From a virus, in IMG/VR virus record IMGVR_UViG_3300045955_000166, positions 5,468 to 69,467 of that record: a DNA stretch of 64,000 nucleotides; one strand, given 5' to 3'. How positions within the stretch are numbered: position 1 is the stretch's first letter; each line of letters begins with the position of its first letter. The position numbers and the translations under genes were made by a program. Of the stretch, positions 18,701 through 28,131 are shown in pieces. The notes under the pieces were generated by a model. The model saw nothing but the letters and a program-made list of their open reading frames with translations. It ran no database searches and was not told the DNA's origin.

Positions 18701-21547
18701 ACTATTCCAATAACTCCAATTCATATTGTACGAGAAGGAGTACACACGTCTCTTACAGTTGATTCATATTATACTAATTCAGGGGCTTCTAATCTTGTTT
18801 TTCGCAAAGCCTATGGAACGCTTGCAGCACCAACACGTTTAGGAGTTAATGCAAGTCTAGGGAATATTTCAGGATATGCTTGGGCACGTGATGCAGCTAA
18901 TACGGTTGATCAATTTGTATTACTTTCCCGATTAGTACAATCAGTTGACTCTGTGGATGCACAAGGACGTATGGGTGGACGCCAAACACTTTCTTTATCA
19001 CCTGGAGTTTCTGCTGCAATAGTTGAAATGTTTCGTTGGGATCAAGGTGGGAATTATCATATTGGTTCAACAACAACAGGAACAGGTCTTACACGTGGGC
19101 TTGTAATGGCCTCTGGTACTGCTCCTGCAACAAGTATTGCCGACCAAATACAAATGTGGGTAGCAGATCAACATGGTGTAGCAGGTGATGCTGCATTACA
19201 CATTATGCCTGAAATAACTACATTATATACTTTTGGTAATACATTTACTATGGGTTCATTAGGAACACCACCAGCAGTAGCAGGAGGTAACGTTCATTTA
19301 TATGGTTCGTCAATGGTATTAACTATTGATAGAAATGATACATCAATTACATTCCCACAAATTCAAATGCGAAAATCAAGAGGAACAGCAGATGTTCCAT
19401 TAGTAACAATAGAAGGTGATCGTACATTAGGTTTGTATGGATTAGCATATGTAAGAAATGCAGCAGATACTGCTGATGCATATCAAGCAGGAAGTTTAAT
19501 GATGTATAGAGCATCAAATTTTGATGCCCAAGGTAGATCTGGTGGGGATATTAGTTGGTGGACATCATCAGGAGTATCAGCAAGTATAAGCGAAAAAATG
19601 TATTTAAATCCAGCAGGACAATTAGGTTTAGGTCCTGGTTTAACATACGCAACAGTTCTTCCTTCTGGATCATTATTAAATGTAAGTAATTTAGATGTAA
19701 CAACAGGTAGTTTAACATTAGTATCTCAACGTGCAGCTATTGTATCTGGTAATGTTCTTAACGGTATTGAATTTTGGTCTAATGATACAAGTTATACTAC
19801 TCAACCAGGATACATAAGTGCATATTTGAGAGTATATGCAACAGAAGCCCATGCATCAGGTGCGATAGGTAGTCGTATGGTTTTTGCTACATCACTTATT
19901 GGTGGTGCATCTCCTTCTCCAAGATTAACAATTGATCCATGGGGTACAGTAATTATAGGTGCAGCAGCATCACCAGCAAGTATGACAGGTGGATTAGTTA
20001 TATCTTCTGGTGCTGCTCCTACTGCTTCTGTTGCTGATGGTGTGTTATTGTGGTCAGCAGATAAAGAAGGTGCAGCAGGTGACGCAGCATTGCACATACG
20101 TACTGAAGATGGATTTGTTCATGTACTGGGTAGTGAAATAGGTTTTAATGTAAGTGATCCTATTGGGACACTTAATGTTAATGGTTATAATAATTATTTT
20201 GAACGCCATGATGCAAATGCAGTAGGCTATAATACTATAAATAGAAAATCACGTGGAACAAGAGAAGTCCCTGTACGGCTTATAGCAGGAGATATTGTGT
20301 CATATTGGAGTTCCCAAGGCTATGTACGAAATGCAGGTAATACGGCTGATGTATGGACGTATATGACTCGTATTGATTCAGTAGTTCAATCGGTAGATGT
20401 AGAAGGTAGGGCAGGTGGAGTAATGATTTTTTATACGTGTCCACCTGTAACTGGTTCTCTTACTGAACGAATGCGTATTACTGAAAGTGGTTTTGTTGGG
20501 ATAGGTATATCTGTACCAGCAACAACACTTCATGTTGGAAATAGTGATGTAACTGATGCTGGATTAGCATTGACATCTCAACGTGTAGCTATTGCAGTAG
20601 ATAATGTGTTGAATGGAGTGGATTTTCATAGTAATGATACAAATTTAAGTATAAGTACACTAACAGCATATATACGTGCATATGCGAGTGAAACACATAC
20701 AGCGACAACACTAGGATCACGTATAACATTTGCAACAACAGCTATAGGTGCTGCTGCTCCTACTTTGCGTATGACATTGATGGATACTGGTGTATTAAGT
20801 ATGGGAACATGGACAGGACAAAAAATTAATTTATATGACTCAACAGTAAATAAATATGGTTTAGGTATTGGTAGTTCACAATTGCAGATTTATTCTCCTA
20901 ATGCTGCAACTACAAGAACAGAAATTGGTGGAATGTCAAATACAGATGGTGTAACATTTATTCCTGTTTTGCGTGTATTACCATCTTCTACAAGTATGGT
21001 GCTTGGTCCTGTTGGAGCAACAGCAGTAGGTACATCTGGTACGTATGTATTTGGTATTTCTACAGGAACACGTGCTACAACTTCTCCTACTGCTATGGTG
21101 CAAATGTGGACAGAAGATCAAGATGGTGCAAATACAGCAGCTTTACATGTCCGAAGTGAAGGAAACTGGATTACAAAAATTGGACAAGGAATTATTACAC
21201 GTGCAGCATATTTAACTTTAACAACATATACAACTGCTGCACCATATTCTCCTGTAGCATTAGAAGAATCAAATAGAACTTTTCTTGCAAGTAACACAAG
21301 TGCAATGACACAAGTGAGTTTGCCTGCTGCTGCTGTAGGATATGTATTTAAATTTATTGTAACAGCAGCACAAGGACTTCGTATACGTGCTTTTACTGGC
21401 GATACAATACGAATTGGATCAACAGTAACTGCTGCTGCTGGATACATTCAATCAACTACTCTTGGTGATTATATAGAACTTTTTGCTACAAGTTCAGGAG
21501 GATGGTATGCACGTTCACCAATACAAGGTTGGACAATAGGTGTATAA
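15704..21547 (+). CDS. Long tail fibre / receptor-binding protein with internal repeats
   Basis: 1947 aa, Gly/Thr/Ser/Ala-rich; repeated VGIGT and APTTSPVD.VQLW..D...LH.RTEDG units; N-terminal DALIAIETELG anchor. Confidence 0.85.
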   Translation: MGAIGSGTSTSYPVTLDTLLYVSPGGLSDYTNGPNPIADSQSRVDAEFMNDVIDALIAIETELGTSPSGVYGSVAERFDTIGGAGGGFPGASTDNAIVRWNGSTGTSLQDSVMIVSDTGNVEGIVDLTITRNLLIGGTAAGTLLDNGIVIALGVGPSTQPTNAVQLWAADRAGSPGKTSLHVRAEDGTQHVFGDRVGIGTVAPSEALEVVGGIKLGTTALLANGTIRFTGADIEGRINDSWVSMTAGSAGGTTSGIWTWTTQTVTPPPGQRIGVNNSVYDLATQMYITEVSANGTDSSILLDDLNVGDTIYIQDKIDSSKYVRYTVAGDLTDSGDYRTIPVTFVSTGVANISNNAEIYVQFNLLGIHGSGATNAVTIWTDQYTLSADAQLHYESTSNNFGLKATTFGTGAQGVLALALGNAPTTSPVDTVQLWAADRGATGGKTGLHIRTEDGTSHVFSDFVGLNNLTPLAELDVVGTQRITRNATSSSTLWNVLNVRVKGTTDSLSPGFGSYISFINENFSGASFEIARIAGSRGPTDTDGILTFYVANATVFAKTISIDKDANLRINMSSVGTGLTQGIVIGSGIAPTTSPADAVQLWSADRAATVGKASLHLRTEDGTSHVFGDRVGIGTLTPGFSLDVVGAINVSDPTNTRSNLGLGTASTPEFLRIGIGTPSTASAPLIFATGTVQKILLQGDSISTRYGFGLASLALQIFSPTTARIDLGGMSTVDGTTFTSNLSVHNTSGNIGIGTGTFGTGATKTLALFNGVAPTTSPVDTIQMWSADRNATAGKGSLHLRTEDGTSHVFGDRVGIGTTNPTVALDVIGAIKVSDISTTQTNLGIGTGSSTQFDRLGLGTAASADARLTFLAELGQKVLLYGDNIAVRYGMGLASGTYQIFSASNGTVDIGSMSAADGITFTNRLSIQGSNGNIGLGTKTYGTSAVRNFVLFAGTAPTTSPVDAVSLWTEDQGAVAGEAALTLRTETGIVHSFGTNIGFGTTIPITPIHIVREGVHTSLTVDSYYTNSGASNLVFRKAYGTLAAPTRLGVNASLGNISGYAWARDAANTVDQFVLLSRLVQSVDSVDAQGRMGGRQTLSLSPGVSAAIVEMFRWDQGGNYHIGSTTTGTGLTRGLVMASGTAPATSIADQIQMWVADQHGVAGDAALHIMPEITTLYTFGNTFTMGSLGTPPAVAGGNVHLYGSSMVLTIDRNDTSITFPQIQMRKSRGTADVPLVTIEGDRTLGLYGLAYVRNAADTADAYQAGSLMMYRASNFDAQGRSGGDISWWTSSGVSASISEKMYLNPAGQLGLGPGLTYATVLPSGSLLNVSNLDVTTGSLTLVSQRAAIVSGNVLNGIEFWSNDTSYTTQPGYISAYLRVYATEAHASGAIGSRMVFATSLIGGASPSPRLTIDPWGTVIIGAAASPASMTGGLVISSGAAPTASVADGVLLWSADKEGAAGDAALHIRTEDGFVHVLGSEIGFNVSDPIGTLNVNGYNNYFERHDANAVGYNTINRKSRGTREVPVRLIAGDIVSYWSSQGYVRNAGNTADVWTYMTRIDSVVQSVDVEGRAGGVMIFYTCPPVTGSLTERMRITESGFVGIGISVPATTLHVGNSDVTDAGLALTSQRVAIAVDNVLNGVDFHSNDTNLSISTLTAYIRAYASETHTATTLGSRITFATTAIGAAAPTLRMTLMDTGVLSMGTWTGQKINLYDSTVNKYGLGIGSSQLQIYSPNAATTRTEIGGMSNTDGVTFIPVLRVLPSSTSMVLGPVGATAVGTSGTYVFGISTGTRATTSPTAMVQMWTEDQDGANTAALHVRSEGNWITKIGQGIITRAAYLTLTTYTTAAPYSPVALEESNRTFLASNTSAMTQVSLPAAAVGYVFKFIVTAAQGLRIRAFTGDTIRIGSTVTAAAGYIQSTTLGDYIELFATSSGGWYARSPIQGWTIGV

Positions 21548-21558
21548 TTAAATTATTT

Positions 21559-21597
21559 AATTTTATCTCTATAACTGCCTATTACAGAGATAAAATT
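21559..21597 (+). terminator. Hairpin ending the tail module
   Basis: AATTTTATCTCT / AGAGATAAAATT inverted repeat right after the fibre stop and a palindromic motif copy. Confidence 0.5.
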
Positions 21598-21699
21598 TTG
21601 AACAACCCTTATGAAATGAAAAGAGAGGAGGTATATTAGAGAGAGGAAAATAGGCACATGTGTTATTAAATTATTTAATCAATCAATGAAGGAGTTTTT

Positions 21700-22191
21700 A
21701 TGAAGAAATGGATTGTAGGTTGTTTAGTTGTTCTTTCATGTTTAGTATTTGCTCAAGTATCTCTGGCCGATGTTATTGCTACAAGAACAAATGCAAATCA
21801 ATTAACCGTAGGAGCAGGTTCTGCTTCATGTGTACCAGTAGTGAATGTTGGTGCATTACGATTTGTAACAACACGTGATTATCAACGTGTTGTGTTTCAA
21901 TATACTGCTGAATGTACAGTAAAAAGTCCAGATACATTTACATGGCTTAATGTAGATTTACTGGTTGATGGAGCACAGATTTCTCCAACACAAACCATTG
22001 ACAATGCCTTCTGTACATCTAGAGGTATTAATGATCTCAATGGTTGGGTAAGTCCAACAGTTGTTGGTGTTGTTGTTGTACCAGAAGCAGGTATACATAC
22101 AGCGCAAGTGAATGCAAATCTTGTCAACTGTAATAATGCAACTGATGATGTATGGCGATTAGATGACAGTACAATAGTGTTATCTAACTAA
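21700..22191 (+). CDS. Secreted beta-rich protein of unknown function
   Basis: Signal peptide MKKWIVGCLVVLSCLVFAQVSLA; four Cys in the mature part; SD AAGGAG. Confidence 0.7.
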   Translation: MKKWIVGCLVVLSCLVFAQVSLADVIATRTNANQLTVGAGSASCVPVVNVGALRFVTTRDYQRVVFQYTAECTVKSPDTFTWLNVDLLVDGAQISPTQTIDNAFCTSRGINDLNGWVSPTVVGVVVVPEAGIHTAQVNANLVNCNNATDDVWRLDDSTIVLSN

Positions 22192-22199
22192 GTAGAATG

Positions 22200-22221
22200 T
22201 GGGAGGTATAAATACCTCCCA
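22200..22221 (+). terminator. Stem-loop TGGGAGGTAT-AA-ATACCTCCCA
   Basis: Perfect GC-rich inverted repeat 9 nt after stop, abutting a palindromic motif copy. Confidence 0.6.
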
Positions 22222-22248
22222 TTAAATAATTTAATGCAAAGGTGAATT

Positions 22249-22803
22249 ATGAAAAAATTAAGTGCAATTGTTGCAGTATTTATTATGTGTGTAGGTTTTG
22301 CTTTAAGTGGATGTACAAGAACAGTCATTGCTACTCCTACTCCTTCTACTGCTCCTGTTGCTCAAGATGCTCCTACTGTTCAAAATGATGATCCTCCTCT
22401 TGTTGGTACACCACGTAGGATTTCTGTTGATCGTTTATTAGAGCATGTTGTTAAACAAACAACATCTCATTATTTAACAACACATATGGGATTTGCTCAT
22501 ATTTTATATGCTGAAGTACGTAGAGCACAACGGATTACTAATCCAACAGAAATAGGACAGGTTTCACAAATTAAAACTATTATGTGGAGAAAGATTGTTT
22601 GGAGTCGAATGGAAATGAGTAGAGAGAGACGTTTTAGTGAATTTTTCACGCTACTTCAAAATGAAATAGATGAAGAATTTGAAAGAGCTGAAAGACAAGA
22701 TAGAATAGAATCACGTGTAGTTTTTGTACCAGTAATAAATGTGCTTCAATCTATTGCAGATGCTACTGTACCATATTGTCCTACTGTGTGTCTACATTAT
22801 TAA
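22249..22803 (+). CDS. Lipoprotein of unknown function
   Basis: Lipobox FALSG-C after hydrophobic signal; Pro/Thr-rich linker then helical domain. Confidence 0.7.
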   Translation: MKKLSAIVAVFIMCVGFALSGCTRTVIATPTPSTAPVAQDAPTVQNDDPPLVGTPRRISVDRLLEHVVKQTTSHYLTTHMGFAHILYAEVRRAQRITNPTEIGQVSQIKTIMWRKIVWSRMEMSRERRFSEFFTLLQNEIDEEFERAERQDRIESRVVFVPVINVLQSIADATVPYCPTVCLHY

Positions 22804-22820
22804 ACTTTAAAATTTACCCC

Positions 22821-22849
22821 TTGTCTTATGTCAAGATGTAAATTATAAT
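22821..22849 (+). promoter_or_regulatory. sigma70-type promoter of the replication module
   Basis: TTGTCT-17 bp-TATAAT. Confidence 0.65.
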
Positions 22850-22929
22850 TAAACGTAGGGCATTCTGGAGCCAAATAAAGGTATTCCTGATGCCCTTCTC
22901 TACTATGAGATTTATGGAAAAGGTGATAT

Positions 22930-23337
22930 ATGATAGAAAATATTATAGATTATTTAGGATTACAAATAAATGCTAAAAAGAAAAATTACCATCCACTCAT
23001 GGCAACAGAATATCATGATTTAAGAGGATTAGATATACGTTGGAGAGTACCTACCTTTCTTGATGTACAAGATGAAGAATGGATGTTTTTATGTGCATGG
23101 GGGCAAAAAGTCCGTACAGCAGTATTGAATAAAACTGAAGTCTGTATGTTGACAAATAATGCACAGTATCTTCTTAAAAGTAAACTCCTACCTTTAGCAC
23201 AATATATGATGATGTGTTACTCAGAATATTGGATCTCAGATAAAAGTTCATATTTATTATTTTTTAATTTTGATATAGATTTATCTCCATTAAAAAAATA
23301 TGGATTTATTTTGGGTACAAAAATTAACTTGACTTAA
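22930..23337 (+). CDS. Hypothetical protein (first gene of replication module)
   Basis: 135-aa ORF with SD AAGGTG downstream of promoter. Confidence 0.6.
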   Translation: MIENIIDYLGLQINAKKKNYHPLMATEYHDLRGLDIRWRVPTFLDVQDEEWMFLCAWGQKVRTAVLNKTEVCMLTNNAQYLLKSKLLPLAQYMMMCYSEYWISDKSSYLLFFNFDIDLSPLKKYGFILGTKINLT

Positions 23338-23357
23338 ATAATTTAATATGATACAAT
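23329..23357 (+). promoter_or_regulatory. sigma70-type promoter with palindromic motif in its spacer
   Basis: TTGACT-17 bp-TACAAT with TGn extension; TTAAATAATTTAA at 23334-23346. Confidence 0.7.
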
Positions 23358-23377
23358 TTTCTGTACAGGAGGTTCAT

Positions 23378-23875
23378 ATGATACCATTGCAAATGAAGAT
23401 CATGCAGAATGTAGAAAAATATGCACGATTAGCGAATGTATCCTCATTTTATATTTTAAATTCGGCCAAAGATTATTGTACTGAAGAAGATTTTATATGG
23501 ATAACCCAATATCTGTATGGATGTCAAACACAATCTGAACGTTTGCCAGAAGGAAAAAGAGGTATACTTTATGATTTAGTAGATCCTATAGAACGTTTTT
23601 CTGCTATAATAGGATTGTTTATACGTTATTTGATTGATGCACGATTGTTGAATCCATACAATCTTATCGCACTTTTTGAAAATGATACGCAACCACATAT
23701 TATTTTTTTGTATGGATTAGAATATATAGATGCAAATATAAAATCACAGATCATTCAATTCCTATATAATCCTCCGTTTGATGCGGTTGTTACAATACAA
23801 GATAAAATGAGATTTCAACAAATTTATCCAAAAGACCTGTATAGTTACTTGTTAAACAACTATAAGATTATATAG
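23378..23875 (+). CDS. Hypothetical protein, possibly degenerate helicase loader
   Basis: SD AGGAGG before ATG 23378; immediately upstream of DnaB; no intact Walker A. Confidence 0.4.
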   Translation: MIPLQMKIMQNVEKYARLANVSSFYILNSAKDYCTEEDFIWITQYLYGCQTQSERLPEGKRGILYDLVDPIERFSAIIGLFIRYLIDARLLNPYNLIALFENDTQPHIIFLYGLEYIDANIKSQIIQFLYNPPFDAVVTIQDKMRFQQIYPKDLYSYLLNNYKII

Positions 23876-23885
23876 GAGATACCCA

Positions 23886-25106
23886 TTGAATACAGAATTA
23901 GCATGTTTGTCTGCATTTCTTATGCAAGCAAACAAGAAAGCCTTATTTGAGGAATTAACTCCTGTTTTATTCTCTAGTGATGTGTATTCATTCATTAGAG
24001 ATTATTATTTTAAGTATCATACGTTTCCTACTCATGAAGTTATAGAAGAAGAAAGTGGAGTATCATTACCATACGTTGATGGAGAATTTGAATATTATTT
24101 AACGAAAATTAAAAATCAACATATCCATGCACAATTGATGGATATTAATAATATTTGTTCTCCATATCTTCAACAAGGAAATTATGATCCTTCAATAGCA
24201 TTAGATAAGTTACTTGCACATATATTGGAAGTGAAGAAATCAAAACCTGATTCTTCTATTGATTTCGCGCATTCAAAAGACATACTCATAGAAACAATGA
24301 ATGCCGTAGCAACAGGAGAACAACAACTTTATAAATTTGGATATGACTGGTTAGATGAACTCACTAATGGGTTTTCTGGTGGGGATTTAGTATCCATTGT
24401 AGCACGATTAAATATTGGTAAAACATTTTTCATGCTACATGTAGCGAATTATCTATGGAACACCTATAAGATTCCTATATTATTTCTTTCATTAGAAATG
24501 CCTGCAAAACGAATAGCACAAAGATTAGTAGCATTGAATACAGATATTAACTTGAACAAGATCCTTCAAGGAGCATTAGATAAGAAAGACTGGAAACAAT
24601 TTAATGATTTAATGAAACGGTTATCAAATAAAACATGTCCATTCAAGATCCATCATGATTTTAGAGTACCAGTAGAATCTGTGTATGCTAAAGCACAATC
24701 CTTTGGAGCACAGATAGTTTTTGTAGATGGTGCATATTTGTTACGTATTAATAAATACCTAGCAAAAACTGAACGATATGCTTTAGTAGCAGAAGAATTG
24801 AAAGGATATTCATTAGGGTTAAATGTTCCTGTTATTACTTCATGGCAACTTAACAGAGAAGCAGATAAGAAAAAAGAAATATCTGCATCAAATATCTACT
24901 ACTCTGATGATATAGCACAGTTATCCTCTGTTGTTATTGCCCTAAGTCCTAATACAGATCTTGATAAAGATTTCAGGAGAAAAGTACAGGTTCTCAAAAG
25001 TAGAGATGGAAGATTAGGAGAAAATCTCATAAATTGGAGTATTAGTGATGGGATTGATTTTAGTACCTTTGATCAATCAGTTCTAAAATTAGGAGATTAT
25101 TTTTAA
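23886..25106 (+). CDS. dnaB: Replicative DNA helicase (DnaB family)
   Basis: ARLNIGKT, LFLSLEM, VFVDGAYLL, SWQLNR, SDDIAQ, LKSRDG. Confidence 0.95.
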   Translation: MNTELACLSAFLMQANKKALFEELTPVLFSSDVYSFIRDYYFKYHTFPTHEVIEEESGVSLPYVDGEFEYYLTKIKNQHIHAQLMDINNICSPYLQQGNYDPSIALDKLLAHILEVKKSKPDSSIDFAHSKDILIETMNAVATGEQQLYKFGYDWLDELTNGFSGGDLVSIVARLNIGKTFFMLHVANYLWNTYKIPILFLSLEMPAKRIAQRLVALNTDINLNKILQGALDKKDWKQFNDLMKRLSNKTCPFKIHHDFRVPVESVYAKAQSFGAQIVFVDGAYLLRINKYLAKTERYALVAEELKGYSLGLNVPVITSWQLNREADKKKEISASNIYYSDDIAQLSSVVIALSPNTDLDKDFRRKVQVLKSRDGRLGENLINWSISDGIDFSTFDQSVLKLGDYF

Positions 25107-25954
25107 TGGATGTTTCCACAATAATTGAATTGATCAAAGAAAAGAAATGGGGATCATATAAAATATCTGGTAAATGGATAAATCTTTCTTGCCCATGGGC
25201 AAAAGAAAAACATGTTCATGGCACAGATACTCATGCATCCTTTGGTATTAATATTGAAAAGTTATATTATAATTGTTTCACATGTAATACAAATGGTTCA
25301 TTAATTAAATTATTTAATGGTATTGTACAACCTAGTACCATACTATTGCAGTTGCCGATACAAGAAAAAGATGATATAATATATCCAGAATATTTTCTCA
25401 AAACATTAAAAAGGAATTATGTCCATCCATATTTAGATAAAAGAAAAGTTCATGCAGATGTACGTATTCTTTTTGATTTTCGTTATGATAGTTTGCATCA
25501 TCGTATAGGAGTTCCCATACGAAATTTTGATAAGAAACTTGTAGGGTTTGTAGGACGTTCTCTTATTTCTATGCCCAAGTATTTTATATATCCATGGTAT
25601 GGTGAATCTAATGGTCATATATGGTTAGGAGAACATTGGATAGATCTCAATGAACCAGTAGTGTTAGTAGAAGGATTATTTGATGCAGCAAGAGTATACG
25701 AAGTAAAATCGAATGTTTTGGCATCATTAGGATCACAACTTCCACAAAATAAGTTAAAACGTATACGAAATGCTCCATATGTGTTTACATTGTATGACAA
25801 TGATGTTGCAGGAGATAATGCTAGAAGGAAAGTCTCAAATTATTTTGGAAAAAATAATATACGACATTTACGTTTACCAGAGACAATAAAAGATCCAGGT
25901 GATGCAAGCATAGAAATATTACAGAAATTATTTCAAAAAGAATTGCTTTGGTAG
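25106..25954 (+). CDS. DNA primase (Zn-binding + TOPRIM)
   Basis: CPW...H...NCFTC; GFVGR; LVEGLFDA; LYDNDVAG; KDPGD. Confidence 0.92.
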   Translation: MDVSTIIELIKEKKWGSYKISGKWINLSCPWAKEKHVHGTDTHASFGINIEKLYYNCFTCNTNGSLIKLFNGIVQPSTILLQLPIQEKDDIIYPEYFLKTLKRNYVHPYLDKRKVHADVRILFDFRYDSLHHRIGVPIRNFDKKLVGFVGRSLISMPKYFIYPWYGESNGHIWLGEHWIDLNEPVVLVEGLFDAARVYEVKSNVLASLGSQLPQNKLKRIRNAPYVFTLYDNDVAGDNARRKVSNYFGKNNIRHLRLPETIKDPGDASIEILQKLFQKELLW

Positions 25955-25967
25955 GGAATATTTTCCC

Positions 25968-25996
25968 TTGACATAATTGTTATAAGGAGGTATACT
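25968..25996 (+). promoter_or_regulatory. sigma70-type promoter
   Basis: TTGACA-17 bp-TATACT. Confidence 0.8.
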
Positions 25997-26013
25997 TAAT
26001 AGATACAGCACGA

Positions 26014-26976
26014 ATGTTGTCTGATATACATAACGGATTGACAATATATGATCCTATAACATGTACGTACACATTGCCAAATGGGGTAATTGTATCCTCT
26101 GAGTTATTAAATTATTTAAAAAATAATACAAAGGAGTATATTGCTACTGGAAAGAAGTTTCGACAAGAACTAAAAGAAGAACCATCCATTAAAAGAGAGA
26201 AAATTCATATGGCATCTACAATTTCTGCAAAAGAAATGGCTCAAATTCAAAAAGCCCAAAAAGCAGCAGCAGAGAAAAAAGCAAATGGAGAAGCACCTGC
26301 TACTCAATTATGGCCTTTCTGGATTCCTGTTGGTGAAGAAAGAGATGTTACATTTTTAGATGGTGATGTTGTAACTGAAGATGGAGTTGAATTATTTGAT
26401 GTTCCTTTCTATCTTCAACATACAGTACAGACAGGAACAACATGGCTTTCCTTTCAATGTCCTAAACGAAAACATGGTGATTGTCCAGCATGTAATGCTG
26501 GTGTAAAAGGGACGTATGTTTGTGTGTTTACCATAATCAATCATACACCTATTATATCGAAAAAAGATCCCTCTGTTACCTATGAAAACCAAAAACAGTT
26601 ATTTATTGCGACTTCTGGAACACGTGAAGAATTATTCATGCGTGCTAAGAAATTTGGAGGTTCACTAAAAGGTCAGTTAGTGAATATTGGAAGGAGCAAG
26701 AAAGATAAAGCACCAAGAGTAGGTGATGTATTTACTTTCATGGGTAAACGTTCTTTGGCAGAACTAAAGAAAATCTGTGGGAAAGAATATAATTTTTCTC
26801 CTGCAAATTATGATGAAGATTTATTTGTGTATACTCCTGAACAACTCCTTGAATTAGGTGTAGGTTATAAAGGACATTCTAATAATACAAAACCACAAGG
26901 ACAAAAAAGTGGTAAGGTTGCTTCTCTACAACAAGAAGAAGTTGTAGATATGGAAGAAGAAACGTTAGAATGGTGA
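26014..26976 (+). CDS. Single-stranded DNA-binding protein (gp32-like; likely start 26209)
   Basis: FW...GEERDVTFLD, H...CP...DCPAC Zn site, acidic C-terminal tail; between primase and RecA. Confidence 0.7.
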   Translation: MLSDIHNGLTIYDPITCTYTLPNGVIVSSELLNYLKNNTKEYIATGKKFRQELKEEPSIKREKIHMASTISAKEMAQIQKAQKAAAEKKANGEAPATQLWPFWIPVGEERDVTFLDGDVVTEDGVELFDVPFYLQHTVQTGTTWLSFQCPKRKHGDCPACNAGVKGTYVCVFTIINHTPIISKKDPSVTYENQKQLFIATSGTREELFMRAKKFGGSLKGQLVNIGRSKKDKAPRVGDVFTFMGKRSLAELKKICGKEYNFSPANYDEDLFVYTPEQLLELGVGYKGHSNNTKPQGQKSGKVASLQQEEVVDMEEETLEW

Positions 26977-27099
26977 AATGTTCTTTTTCATTATAGGTAT
27001 GCAAATAATATACGTATAAAAGGATTAACATGTTTTTAATACGATCTCCACCTTTAGATCTGTTCCTTATTTTTAAACACTATTTTATAGGAGCATACA

Positions 27100-28131
27100 T
27101 TGGTATCTGATGATATTTTGAAATTTTTAAAAAAGCATCATGGAGAGAAGATTTATTCAATGGGTAGTGAATTAAAAGAAGGAGAGAAAGTATCAACAGG
27201 GATATTCCCTATTGATTTTATGTTAGGTGGTGGGATTCCATTAGGAAAAATAACACATATCTATGGCCCGAAAGATGCTGCAAAAACAACCTTAGCATTG
27301 TCGATAACAGGAGAATTACAACGAGCAGGAAAGAAATGTTTTTATGTTGATACTGAAAATACCTTTGATCCTAATTGGGCAGACACACTTGGTATCGACT
27401 TAAATAATTTAATGGTTTTTCAACCTGCTAATGGAGAGCAAATTGTAGATATTGTTGATGGTTTACTCAATTGTGATGATATTGACTTTGGTGTGATAGA
27501 TTCGTTAGGAGCTATTATTACAACAAATGAAATTGAATCCTATGGAGATAAGCAAATTGTTGCTGGTTCTTCAAGTATCATTACAAAGATACTACGAAAA
27601 GCTATACATGCACAATTAGAACAAAGTAAGAAAGAGTATTATCCTACATTACTTTGTGTGAATCAAGTACGACAAAAGATAGGTGTATTGTATGGGAATC
27701 CTGAATATGCTCCTGGTGGAGCAATGGTAGAACATGCACCATCATTAAACTTGCGGATAACAGGAAAACCAGTTATCTATAAAGAAGTAAATCCTAATGT
27801 CGCAATAAAACATCAATTGAATTTGACAGTGAAAAAAAGTAAAATGAAAACAGTGTTGAATCACATAGAATTTGAGATTGGTTTGCAAAACGTAGGATCT
27901 ATTAAAGCAGGGAAAAATGATGATGCAGATTTGATGCTCAAATATCTTAAATCATTTAATTTGTTAGGGAAATTAGGTACGACTATTATTTGTTTAGGAA
28001 GGGAATATACATCACAGAAAGCATTAAAAGAAGATATTGTAAATGATAATGAATGGAAAATGTATGTGCAACAACAGCTTATAGAAACAGGACAGGTACA
28101 ATTTGGTGAAGAACAAATGGTTGATGAATGA
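27100..28131 (+). CDS. recA: RecA/UvsX-like recombinase
   Basis: STGIFPIDFMLGGGIPLGKITHIYGP..AKTT, YVDTE, VIDSLGA, NQVRQKIGVLYGNPE.APGG. Confidence 0.93.
   Translation: MVSDDILKFLKKHHGEKIYSMGSELKEGEKVSTGIFPIDFMLGGGIPLGKITHIYGPKDAAKTTLALSITGELQRAGKKCFYVDTENTFDPNWADTLGIDLNNLMVFQPANGEQIVDIVDGLLNCDDIDFGVIDSLGAIITTNEIESYGDKQIVAGSSSIITKILRKAIHAQLEQSKKEYYPTLLCVNQVRQKIGVLYGNPEYAPGGAMVEHAPSLNLRITGKPVIYKEVNPNVAIKHQLNLTVKKSKMKTVLNHIEFEIGLQNVGSIKAGKNDDADLMLKYLKSFNLLGKLGTTIICLGREYTSQKALKEDIVNDNEWKMYVQQQLIETGQVQFGEEQMVDE

Noticed and set aside
15704-21547. Tail fibre repeats as a DGR template/variable pair or invertible shufflon
   Set aside because: Repeats are direct, in-frame and diverge mainly at synonymous sites, not adenine-specifically; no reverse transcriptase or invertase in the window
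26014-26208. 65-aa N-terminal extension of the SSB as a real domain
   Set aside because: ATG 26014 lies 17 nt after the -10 box with no transcribed SD, and the stretch holds a palindromic motif; more likely a leader with start at 26209, though not excluded
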